Origin: Octopus sinensis
Taxonomy: Eukaryota
DNA: 64,000 bases
Assembly (NCBI RefSeq): GCF_006345805.1
Contig: NC_043010.1
Coordinates: 66,650,001-66,714,000, forward strand
Reading direction: 5' to 3'
Shown: positions 36,270 to 47,991 of the stretch, piece by piece
How the letters are laid out: each line of letters opens with the position of its first letter
Position numbering within the stretch: position 1 is the first letter of the stretch
Made by a program: the position numbers and the translations under genes
The notes under the pieces: model-generated
Told to the model about the DNA's origin: nothing
Seen by the model: only the letters and a program-made list of their open reading frames with translations
Database searches by the model: none

Positions 36270-37800
36270 AGTCATGGTGGTGTGTGCAGGTACATTAGAG
36301 CGTACTTCCTTTCATGCAGGCAAGGAATAAACACCTCACTCCTGCTATTCAGGTAAACATTCGGGTATTGGGTACCTTTTAAAAGTGCTCTCTTCTCAGC
36401 CAGGCATAATCTACATTTCCTGCTTCCATTTTATACTGTACTCTGTAGCACTTTCAAAATTCAGATGTGCTTGGCTGGGGTTGTGGCATTACGTCTCTCT
36501 GCGATGTTCAATGAGGACTTGTGATTATTAAAGTGGGTTCTGAAGGGACCTTCATTTGCCCCAACATACTCCTGCACGCTCAGTTGTCCATTGGGTCCTG
36601 TTGCTGTTACTTCTGCCTTGTAAACAACTGTTTTTGTATTGCAGTGGCTGTTTAGTGGACAAGTTGTGTTACCCCTGTATAAGCGTCCTTCCTCAGCCCC
36701 AGGTCTTAAATCTTTTTTACACTGGGTGCACAGCTAAAGGATAATCTCAGGGTATGTCTATTAAATATTTTGCTGAATCTGTTGGTACAAGGGAAGTATC
36801 TATCAAATTAAGGAAGATCTTACCTATTCTGGTCTTAATGTTTAAAGAGAATGGTGGTGTGAACCATAGTACTTTCTGGTGGTGCTTTCTCTTAGGGGTG
36901 CAAGGGTCTGGCATGTAACTAATATTTTGCTTGAAACTGCTGACAGCCAGAGCCCAGTTGTAGTATGGGGCAGCAGCATCAAAGATCTCTTTGCTTGAAG
37001 ACAAGCTAGAGATTCTCCTGCTGATGCCCTTAACTAGGTTCCTAAACACTATGGCTGAATGGCAGGAACCTGTGTTAATGTAAGACAACTCATTTGGTTT
37101 CCTAAACGGCCTATAGGTACCTGATTCCGGGTCTTGGGTCACATTAAGGAAATCCACCATTTTCAGGATGGTCTCTATAGTGACCTTCAGTCCGAGGGAG
37201 TTCATGGTGCCTGTGAAGTCCTTTTTGAGCCCATCTAGCGTGTGGCCATTACCCCCTCTTGATATTGTCAGCATGTCATCCCTGCACAGGCCAAAGCTAG
37301 TTGAAGGGAATTTCTTTTTTAGTATATCTATGATGAAGAGACCAACATGGTCACATACGTCCGCAATGTCAAAAGCACCCATTGCCACATTGAAGGAATG
37401 CTCTGGGTCAATGCATTTGGTCCAAGCAGACCCCTTACTGAAGAGTAGGGTTCTTCTGGTGTGCATAATAGTGCATATGTCCTCGTCGCTGACATCAGTA
37501 TGGGCCCTATTGAAGTTGAGTGCCTTTAACAGAAGCTCCCTTAATATAAATGGTTAGAAGTTCACCATATCAAATTGGGCAAACCTAGCTCTACCCTTCC
37601 TACTATTGGTCTTAAACCATGTAAGGACTTTGTTGATGTTGTGCCACAGGGCGAGGTCAGAGACGTTTCTAACGCCTTAGCTGATCTTCCGGATGGAGCA
37701 TTTGCTCACCTGATCGATCCCAGGCTTTGCCGGGTTTCTCGACCTGTGTTCTTTTTATGTCTTTACTTCGCTCTAACACAAACCAACAGGCCAAAAATAG
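36270..37800 (-). mobile_element. Penelope-like retroelement (RT + C-terminal GIY-YIG endonuclease), degraded; motifs resemble the Hydra clade
   Basis: QFDMVNF, F.VAMGAFD.ADVCDHVGL, GLCRDDML, VDFL.VT, YRPFRKPN, WFTPPFS.NIKT, KIFNRHTLRLSFSC, CPLNSHC..VVYKA, YVGANEGPF..HF.NH, CRLCLAEK, LNSRSE..CLH. Confidence 0.9.
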
Positions 37801-37828
37801 TGGTGTATACAGTTTCTTAAAATGAAAG

Positions 37829-40800
37829 TTTCCAACTCAAGGATTTCGTCAAAAACCCATGAAACAGAAATGTTCGTTGATGGAATCGAAATATTGAAGG
37901 AAACAGTTCTGAAACTATTTTCACAGAGTTAATTCAAAACTATGCCCAAAACCCACAAGTTTTAGGCATATTTTCAGAATAAGCACATCATCATAACACT
38001 TTTTCAATAATTTCCTTGGCCCCTCTTCAGCCAAGTAGATTGGTATGAGAATCAGTTTGTCACTCCTTAAGGCTATTATAAGGTGCTTCCTGACTTCCTC
38101 CTCAGTCAGAAATCTCACGTTTGCCATATTGAATCATTTTCCTCTGGTAACACATGTTTTGGTATATGAGATTGGCACTGGGCACTTTTCAGTTTAGCTC
38201 TGTATCACTCGTTCCACTTTTCAAGTTCTTAATATTGCCATGTAAAGGCACTGACAGTTAAGTGGCTGTACAATGTTATCACTACTTGAGGGGCCTGCCT
38301 TCCTCTACCCATGGTGTAGGGATATTACTAAAATTTTCTTGGTATTAGGTTCACAGCTGAATTAGATTTGTAAGATATGTCTTGTGAAAATTTTCCCATA
38401 TCTATGGTCATGCGTAAAATGTTTATCTACTAATCTAAGAAAAACTCTGCTATGAAGGTCTTTATATAAAGTGATAAGGTGGAGGCAAACCAGAGGAATT
38501 TGCGGCAGTACTTTGCTTTCTAGGTGTTACGGCCAGGCATGTAGTATTGCAAACCCGAAACCCATTGGCCACAAAACTTCTTTACAGGAAAGAGTTGCTG
38601 TGTTAAACATGTTCAGACTGGAGGATGGACTTGAGATCCTGCTTCTGCTACCTTTTATGATTTTTCTAAAACTCTCTAGATAGGTAGTAGAAATGTTTGT
38701 TGGTGTGCAACAGCTTTTTGTTTGGTTTGTGGTAGGGCCTGTATGAAACAAATGTCATATCTTAGAAATTAACTATGGATAAGTTAGTTTCCATAGTATC
38801 CATGAGCCTTAGGGAGTTAAGGATCTAGATCAGGTCTTACTTGAGCCTGTCAGAGATTGGTTAAAGCATCACCTCTATAAAGGGAATTTCTAATCTAGGG
38901 TGTCTAGTATAAGGAATCCTATAAGATTACATGCTGTCAAAAGCCCACATTACCATATCAAAGGTGCCTTCTAAGTCTGTTTGTTTGACCCAGGCCAAAC
39001 AGTTATTGAAAAGTAGGATTTTCTGGCATGCATTTAGCATATTTACATTCCTATTACTAATGCCAGTAGATCCTTAAGCAAAAATGGGTCATCTGTGTAA
39101 CAACCCTCTCAGTATAAATACATGTAAAGTTCACTATGCGGAATTGGGTGAACCTTGTTCTGACTCTGCCCTGGTTTGACTTAAACCATGAGGTTACCTC
39201 AATTATGTTGTGATGAAAGGAGAGATTTGCAGTCTTATGGTATCGTTATTCTATGCAGTTGCGCACCAGACCAATCTCCAGTTTGGCCAAGTCAACGAAG
39301 AGACAGTGTTGAAAGCAAGGTTTTTCAAGCCATGAATGAAACCTCGTGAACCAGCAAGCCCTCACACACATAAACAAACAGGGGTCAACAAAAATAGGTA
39401 TACAGTTGCTTAAAATAAGTATTATATTCTTTTCTCGTTTCTCTCTAAACTGCAATAATTTGTAAGACTGAAATAAGTGTGGGATGCATTTATTGAAGTT
39501 TCCAACTCAAGGATTTCATCAAAAACCCATGAAACGGAAATGTTCGTTGATGGAATCGAAATATTGAAGGAAACAGTTCTTAAACTATTTTCACAGAGTT
39601 AATTCAAAACTCTGCCCAAAACCCACAAGTTTTAGGCATATTTTCAGAATAAGCACATCATCATAACACTTTTTCAATAATTTCCTTGGCCCCTCTTCAG
39701 CCAAGTAGATTGGTATAAGAATCAGTTTGTCACTCCTTAAGGCTGTTATAAAGCACTTCCTGACTTCCTCCTTAGTCAGGAATGTCACATTTATTGTATT
39801 AAATCATTTTCCTCTAGTAACACATGTTTTGGTATATGAGATTGGCACTGGGCACTTTTCAGTTTAGCTCTGTAGCACTTGTTCCACTTTTCAAGTTCTT
39901 AATATTGCCATGTAAAGGCACTGACAGTTAAGTGGCTGTACAATGTTATCACTACTTGAGGGGCCTGCCTTCCTCTACCCATGGTGTAGGGATATTACTA
40001 AAATTTTCTTGGTATTAGGTTCACAGCTGAATTAGATTTGTAAGATATGTCTTGTGAAAATTTTCCCATATCTATGGTCATGAGTAAAATGTTTATCTAC
40101 TAATCTAAGAAAAACTCTGCTATGAAGGTCTTTATATAAAGTGATAAGGTGGAGGCAAACCAGAGGAATTTGCGGCAGTACTTTGCTTTCTAGGTGTTAC
40201 GGCCAGGCATGTAGTATTGTAAACCCGAAACTCATTGGCCACAAAACTTCATTACAGGAAAGGGTTGCTGTGTTAAACATGTTCAGACTGGAATTGGGAT
40301 CCTCCTTCTGCTACCTTTTATGATTTTTCTAAAACTCTCTAGATAGGTAGTAGAGATGTTTGTTGGTGTGCAACAGCTTTTTGTTTGGTTTGTGGTAGGG
40401 CCTGTATGAAACAAATGTCATATCTTAGAAATTAACTATGGATAAGTTAGTTTCTATAGTATCCATGAGCCTTAGGGAGTTAAGGATCTAGATCAGGTCT
40501 TACTTGAGCCTGTCAGAGATTGGCTAAAGCATCACCTCTATAAAGGCCAAAGAGGTTGAAGGGAATTTCTAATCTAGGGTGTCTAGTATAAGGAATCCTA
40601 TAAGATTACATGCTGTCAAAAGCCCACATTACCATATCAAAGGTGCCTTCTAAGTCTGTTTGTGTGACCCAGGCCAAACAGTTATTGAAAAGTAGGATTT
40701 TCTGGCATGCATTTAGCATATTTACATTCCTATTACTAATGCCAGTAGATCCTTAAGCAAAAATGGGTCATCTGTGTAACAACCCTCTCAGTATAAATAC

Positions 40801-41890
40801 ATGTAAAGTTCACTATACGGAATTGGGTGAACCTTGTTCTGACTCTGCCCTGGTTTGACTTAAACCATGAGGTTACCTCAATTATGTTGTGATGAAAGGA
40901 GAGATTTTGCAGTCTTATGGTATCGTTATTCTATGCAGTTGCGCACCAGACCAATCTCCAGTTTGGCCAAGTCAACGAAGAGACAGTGTTGAAAGCAAGG
41001 TTTTTCAAGCCATGAATGAAACCTCGTGAACCAGCAAGTCCTCACACACATAAACAAACAGGGGTCAACAAAAATAGGTATACAGTTGCTTAAAATAAGT
41101 ATTATATTCTTTTCTCGTTTCTCTCTAAACTGCAATAATTTGTAAGACTGAAACAAGTGTGGAATACATTTATTGAAGTCTCCAACTCAAGGATTTCGTC
41201 AAAAACCTATGAAACAGAAATGTTCCTTGATGGAATCAAAATATTGAAGGAAACAGTTCTATTTTCACAGAGTTTAATCAAAACTCTGCCCAAAACCCAC
41301 AAGTTTTAGGCATATTTTCAGAATAAGCACATCATCATAACACTTTTTCAATAATTTCCTTGGCTCCTCTTCAGCCAAGTAGATTGGTATGAGAATCAGT
41401 TTGTCACTCCTTAAGGCTGTTATAAAGCACTTCCTGACTTCCTCCTTAGTCAGGAATGTCACATTTATCATATTGAATCATTTTCCTCTAGTAGCACATG
41501 TTTTGGTATATGAGATTGGCACTGGGCACTCTTCACTAAAATGAGTCTAATATACTTTTTTATTTCTTTACATTTCTCTAAACCACAATAATTTGTAAGA
41601 CTGAAACAAGTGTGGAATTCATTTATTTAAGTCCCCTCCTACTCACAGATTTGAGACAAAGTTTTTCAAGCCACACACACAAACAGGGGTCAACAATAAT
41701 AGGTATACAGTTGCTTAAAATGAGTATTATATTCTTTTCTTGTTTCTCTCTGAACTGCAATGATTTGTAAGACAGAAACAAGTGTGGAATTCATTTATTG
41801 AAGTCTCCAACTCAAGGATTTCGTCAAAAACCCTTGGAATCAAAACATTGAAGGAAACACTTTCTTAAACTATTTTCACAGAGTTAATTC
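37829..41890 (-). repeat. ~1.68-kb tandem unit (starts at about 37829, 39498, 41178; shorter remnant at 41803); each unit = degraded PLE RT/EN + ORF1-like fragment + terminal-repeat-like segment
   Basis: Boundary word gtttccaactcaaggatttc(g/a)tcaaaaacc recurs. Minus strand of the unit gives KILLFNNCLAWVKQ..GTFDMVMWAFD, SYRPYHKPN, LVDKHF...GKIFTRH..FSCEPN and LILIPIYLAEE. Confidence 0.88.
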
Positions 41891-44033
41891 AGTTATAGCT
41901 GTTGGTTTATGAAAGTTGCTTTGAGAAAGATGTTAAAATTAAATTAAATTAAATTCTTGAGTAAAATGAAGCGCAATGCCCACTCAACCCCCAAAAATTC
42001 AAGTGGTGGTATTTATACATGATTTTTAACAGTTTTTCCTCTATTTTTGGAAAACAAAAAGTTCATATTTTCAACATCATTTTTTTTTTTTTTCAATACC
42101 ATTCATATCTCTATTTTTTCTTAACTCCTCATATTCCGTTACGTGCGGCGGTGCATCACGCAACCATATCCCATCAGTCATACTTACCAATCCACCGTAT
42201 GTATCTATAAATCCTTCATGCCTTTCTTCATTCACTAGAATTCCTCTCTATCATTTTCGTCAAATTTTTCTCTGGGTCGCTTCACCCTCACCAGTTCTTT
42301 CCACTTCGATACTTTTCTCTTGCATTGACAAATGTTGGCTCTGTTTGTTTTTCTGCATCTATTTCTCTTGATGATCCTGTGTAGTGTGTCGTTTATGGTA
42401 TGTATTCTTCCGTGCACCAGTCAATGAATGTTTTCTTGGCCCCTTTTTCACTGCTGAGTAGCAGTTGTCTTGGTTATATTCTTTATTTGGCACACGGGCC
42501 ATGACACAGAGGGGGACGGCACAAGGACAGACAGAACACCACAGTGGGGACAAAAAACATAAAACGAATGAATGAGGCGCAGGAGTGGCTGGGTTGTAAG
42601 TAGCTTGCTTACGAACCACATGGTTCCGGGTTCAGTCCCACTGCGTGGCATCTTGGGCAAGTGTCTTCTACTATAGCCCCGGGCCGACCAAAGCCTTGTG
42701 AGTGGATCTGGTAGACGGAAACTGAAAGAAGCCTGTCGTATATATGTATATATATATGTGTGTGTGTATGTGTGTGTTTGTGTGTCTGTGTTTGTCCCCC
42801 CAACATCGCTTGACAACCGATGCTGGTGTGTTTACGTCCCCGTAACTTAGCGGTTCCGCAAAAAGAGACCGATAAAATGAGTTCTAGGCTTACAAAGAAT
42901 AAGTCCTGGTGTCGATTTGATCGACTAAAGGCGGTGCTTCAGCATGGCCACAGTCACATGCCTGAAACAAGTAAAAGAGTAAAGAGTAAAAGAGATGGAT
43001 AATAATTAAATGAGGATGTAATAGCTACTTGAACCCCTCTCTCAAGCAGTACCATTTAACTGTTTAAATACAAAGTTTTCATATAATTTCTTTTCTTTTT
43101 TTTTTTTTTCCTTTTAGTGTCATATGTGTAGTCTTCAAAAATTTTAAAAGCTTACTCACACTTTACCATTTTATATATGGCAACAAGTCGTCGTAATTTT
43201 ATTTCTTTACTGCCCACAAGGGGCTACACACAGAGGGAACAACGGATTAGGTCGATTATATCGACCCCAGTGTGTAACTGGTACTTATTTAGTGGCACGT
43301 AAAAGCACCCACTACACTCTCGGAGTGGTTGGCATTAGTAAGGACATCCAGCTGTAGAAACTCTGCCAGATCAAGATTGAAGCCTGGTGCAGCCATCTGG
43401 TTTGCCAGCCCTCTGTCAATCGTCCAACCCATGCTAGCAGGGAAAGCGGACGTTAAACAACAATGATGATGATGATGATGAGTGTGTCTGTCCAATTACC
43501 AAATGGTAATTCTTTAGTTGTGTTCCATGCAACTAATGTGAGATTGCAGCCATGGCCAATGCCAGTGTTGCATGTCCGGCCCATTATAAAGTACCCTTGA
43601 TGCATCAGGTGATATATTCTTGAGAAGACCTATTGAATCAAGTAAAACCAAAATCTTAGCTGTGGCCAGTGCTCCTTGACTGGCTCCCATGCTGATGGCA
43701 TGTAAAAAGCAACATCCAAGTGTAGTCAATGCTAGGTCTGCCTGAGTGGCTTCCATGCCGGTGGCACGTAAAAATCACACACTATACTCTCAGAGTGGTT
43801 GGCGTTAGGAAGGGCATCCAGCTGTAGGAACCTTGCAAGATCAGATTGGAGCCTGGTGCAGCTGCTGGGTTTCCAGACCTCGGTCAAACCATCTGATCCA
43901 TGCCAGCATGGAAAACGGATGTTAAGCGATGATGATGATGATGATGATCTGTAGAGATAACCTTAATAAGTGATGTAAAAAGTACACTGCTAATGCAGTA
44001 GAACATGGTATTGACTTATAAAAATGTTTAATA

Positions 44034-44603
44034 TATTGGGTCGTCCGGAAAGTTTCTGCCGATTTTTAAAGGAAAGAAAAAGGTCAATAAATACCTGCCA
44101 TTACATTTTTAATCAACCAAATATAAACCATTTTGTTGCACAATGCGTCTCTATCTTTCCTTTAACTTGAAAATACCCTCTTCCCAGAATTGTGGCAGTT
44201 TCATGGTAAATAATTCATCAAGGTATCTTTTTACGTCATCCAAGGAATTGAAATTTTTACCATTAAGACTATTCTGCAGAGACCTAAATAAGTGGAAATC
44301 TGAAGGAGCAATATCTGGTGAATATGGAGGGTGGGGTAACACATCATAGCCGAGCTGCAGCACTTTTTGTCTGGTTCCCAAAGCATCAAGTGCTGAAAAT
44401 GAACTTTCTCATCTTCCATTTTAAAGGGTTACAGAATTAACACAGTTTATAGGAAGATAAATCTTCTTCCACAAAAAGACAGCTTAAACTGTGCTCTAAA
44501 TGGAGGTGTAGTCAAATCCTATTTCATGGACTCAACCATGTTCTAAAATAAGTCGAAATGTAAGCTACTATAAATCGGCACAAACTTTCCGGACAACCCA
44601 ATA
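44034..44603 (-). mobile_element. Internally deleted mariner element
   Basis: ~30-bp TIRs TA-TTGGGT(C/T)GTCCGGAAAGTTT(C/G)TGCCGATTT. N-terminal MEDEKVHFQHLMLW is joined to C-terminal DVLPHPPYSPDIAPSDFHLFRSL...KLKER. Confidence 0.92.
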
Positions 44604-44613
44604 CTTTATACTA

Positions 44614-44844
44614 TACAAGGTGCAGCAGAAGTAATGTCCTTTTTGCATTTAATAACTTTTATAGTATAAAAATTTTTAACAATTTTTTATTAAACACAAA
44701 TTTATTGCATTACTTACAGAAACGAATAATAAACTAATGAAAAAATCTCTGAAGTTTTAGGAAATTTATTAAGTATTTCTCTTACAACGTGATTCAAATA
44801 CAGGATTCAAATAGAAAGGGCCATCATTTCTGCTCCACCTTGTA
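44614..44844. mobile_element. Tc1/mariner-type MITE
   Basis: TA-CAAGGTGCAGCAGAAGTAATG ... catcatttctgctccaccttg-TA. Confidence 0.78.
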
Positions 44845-46496
44845 TTATGGGTTGCATAACAAAATACCATGTACCTTACAAGTCGTTAGTATTATGGGAT
44901 GTATCCTACTTGATCAGTATGTAAATACAGTGATTTAAAAAACAAAATCTAATTATTGTTACCCTGTTGGCATTTATTATGGAAAAATTAAAAATGTTAC
45001 AATTGCTATTATTATTATTGTTGTTGTTGTTTATTTGTTTGTCTCGGTTTTAAAATTTCTTTTTTTGTGTTTTGTTTTATGTTAGTGTTGCAGAAAAGTT
45101 TTTCTCTAGACAACTTTTGGTTCCACGAAACTAAGCCATTTTTTTTTGTTTTTATTTTTTATTAAAGTGTTTTTATTTAGATTAAAACCTTCTCTCATAA
45201 TCTTTTGTGTAAAGAACCATTCATGTTAAGTTCTGTTACAAACCATTAACTTTATTATTATTAAGGTAGCATTCTAGTGCAATCATTAGCATGCCAAGTC
45301 AGGTCTGTTGTACGCAGCATCGGATCCTACTATTGGTAAACTGTAAACCAGTACAACCTGTGTCAGTGGGGTAGAAAGGGCTCCTTAGCCGCAGTGAAGG
45401 CAATCTATCTAGGGAGATAACCTTACAAAAAAATCACTCGGTCCGTAGCTTAGAAATACTGGGTTGACGTCCAGCGGGAACAGCTTTGTTTCATGGAGGA
45501 GGAAAGATCTTCTTTAGTACTTGGTTGTACAATGCTTTCCAATGTGTGTAGTAGTGGCGCGCGCACACATTATTAGCCATTTGAAAAGACTATAAGTCTC
45601 GACCACGGTCGAATAATGATGATGATGATAGCATGCCAGGTAAAATGTTTAGTTGAGCACTGGAGTCAATGCAATTGACTTACCTCCTCCACCTAACTTG
45701 CTGGCCTTGTGCAAAAACTTGAAACCAGTATTAACTCTGCCTTAGTGAAGGCAGAAGTATTTTTTTCGATTTTTACTGAATTTTTCTTCCTCCACCCCCA
45801 CCCCTCCCTACCCTCACCTCTTTTCAAATTTTGAATTTCAAATTTCCTTTTGGAATCTGTTCACATTTTTTTATCTCTAAATTTCATTCACAGTAAACTT
45901 CTTAGTTCTTTCCAATTTAAAGTTTAATAATAATAAGAACCCTTTCTACTAAAGGCACAAGTCCTGAAATTTGAGGGAGGGGGCAAGTTGATTACATCAA
46001 CCCCAGTACTCAACTGATATTCATTTTACTGACCCCAAAAGGATAAAAGGTAAAGCCGACCTTGGTGGAATTTGAACTCAGAACATATGGTTGGGCGAAA
46101 TACTACCCACAAGGGGTTGAACACAGAGAGGACAAACAAGGACAGACAAACGGATTAAGTCGATTGTATCGACCCCAGTGCATAACTGGTACTTAACTTA
46201 ATCGACCCCGAAAAGATGAAAGGCAAAGTCAACCTCAGTGGAATTTGAACTCGGAACGAAATACCACTAAGCATTTTGTCCAGCATGCTAACGATTCTGC
46301 CTGCTCACTGCCTTAATAATAATCCTTTCTACTGTAGGCACAGGGCCTGAAAATTTGAGGGAAGGGAACAGTCAATTACATCAACGTCAGTATTTCACTG
46401 GTACTTAATTTATCGACCCTGAAAGGATGGAAAAGGCAAAGTCAATCTTGGTGGAATAATAATAATAATATTGCAGTTCTATGAGGAATTATGTAC

Positions 46497-46956
46497 CTTA
46501 TTTACAATTGATAGATATTTGTCCTCATCTTGTTTGTTGTTAATACAACGTTTCAGCTGATTTACCCTCCAGCCTTCATCAGGTGTCTTGGGGAAATTTC
46601 AAACGTGGGTTCTCATTCCTAAGGTATTTTTGATGTTATCATTATTATTATTATTCAGGCCACTGCCTGGGATCGAACTTGGAATCTTGGGGTTAGCAGC
46701 CTGCGCTCTTAACCACTACGCCCATGGGCATATGGCGAAGTGATTAAGAGCATGGGCTACTAACCCCAAGATTCCGAGTTCAATTCTAGGCAGTGACCTG
46801 AATAATAATAATAATAATATTGAAAAATACTTTAGGAATGGGAACCCAGGTTCGAAATTTCCCCAAAACACCTGATGAAGGCTGGAGGGTGTATCAGCCA
46901 AAATGCTGTGTTAACAACAAATAAGATGAGGACAAATATCCATCAATTGTAAATAA
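46497..46956. mobile_element. 460-bp palindromic element: head-to-head tRNA-like (A/B-box) heads, each followed by (AAT)n and a minimal hammerhead-like motif
   Basis: The arms are reverse complements. Head ggcg(t/a)agtg(g/a)ttaagagc...agttc(g/a)at; hammerhead-like cores CTGATGA at 46872-46878 (+) and 46576-46582 (-). Confidence 0.8.
46543..46588 (-). ncRNA. Putative minimal type I hammerhead ribozyme
   Basis: acac-CTGATGA-a-ggctg[gagggtaaat]cagct-GAAAC-GT-T; the right-arm copy keeps helix I (acac/gtgt) but has GAAA changed to AAAA. Confidence 0.55.
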
Positions 46957-47943
46957 TATATAATAATATTGATTTCAAATTTTGGTGCAAGGGCAGCAGT
47001 TTTGGGGCAGGAGACGAGTCGATTGCATTGACCCTGGTGCTTGACTGGTACTTAATTTATCAACCCCAAAAAGATGAAAGGCATAGTTGACCTCAGTGGA
47101 ATTTGAACTCAGAACGTAGCGATGGGTGATGTACTGCTAAGCATTTCATCACATTGCGCTAACGATTCTGCCAGCTCACCGCCTTATATGATATTAATGA
47201 TAAAAATTTCTTTTATTAGCCATAGGGACATAGATGAGGGGGACATCACAAGGACAGACAACAATTTATGGGGATTTACATAAAGCATGGGCAGGAAGAA
47301 ATGGAAAAGATGGTTGAAATGCAATATAGCTTGCCTACCAACCACATGGTTCTGGGTTCAGTCCCACTGCGTGGCATCTTGGGCAAGTGTCTTCTGCTAT
47401 AGCCTCGGGCCAACCAATGCCTTGTGAGTGGATTTGGTAGACGGAAACTGAAAGAAGCCTGTCGTATATATGTATATATATGTATGTATGTGTATGTATA
47501 TGTTTGTGTGTCTGTGTTTGTCTCTCTAGCATTGCTTGACAACCGATGCTGGTGTGTTTACGTCCCCGTCACTTAGCGGCTTGGCAAAAGAGACCAATAG
47601 AATAAGTACTGGGCTTACAAAGAATAAGTCCCGGGGTCGATTTGCTCGACTAAAGGCGGTGCTCCAGCAAGGCCGCAGTCAAATGACTGAAACAAGTAAA
47701 AGAGTAAAAGAGTAGACAAAGTATGTGATAACATGAATGATGCAGTCCACCTGGTACAGGAGAAACTTAAACTAGGACCAATCAAGGAACCCCGCAGATC
47801 TTGGACTGATTCATAGTTGCTGTTCACTGAGTTCATGACCACCCCTCCTGAAGCTAATGGAGTGGATGAATTATGAGTTCAATTCAACAAGTAAAACATA
47901 TTGGAGTACTGTTGCCCATGGTTGTAGACCAGTGATGCTACTA

Positions 47944-47991
<48 letters not shown>

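Noticed and set aside
37921-41471. Triplicated small ORFs as a tandem gene family
   Set aside because: They are frame fragments of the degraded PLE/ORF1-like tandem unit
42120-42520. Purine-rich minus-strand segment that looks coding
   Set aside because: Stops in all frames and no motif I can assign; probably a LINE remnant
45350-45610. GC-richer segment that might be a structured RNA
   Set aside because: No recognisable RNA-family motif; resembles a retroelement UTR fragment and cannot be supported further
46650-46800. tRNA genes (also other A/B-box heads across the window)
   Set aside because: No complete cloverleaf or acceptor stem; they are SINE heads
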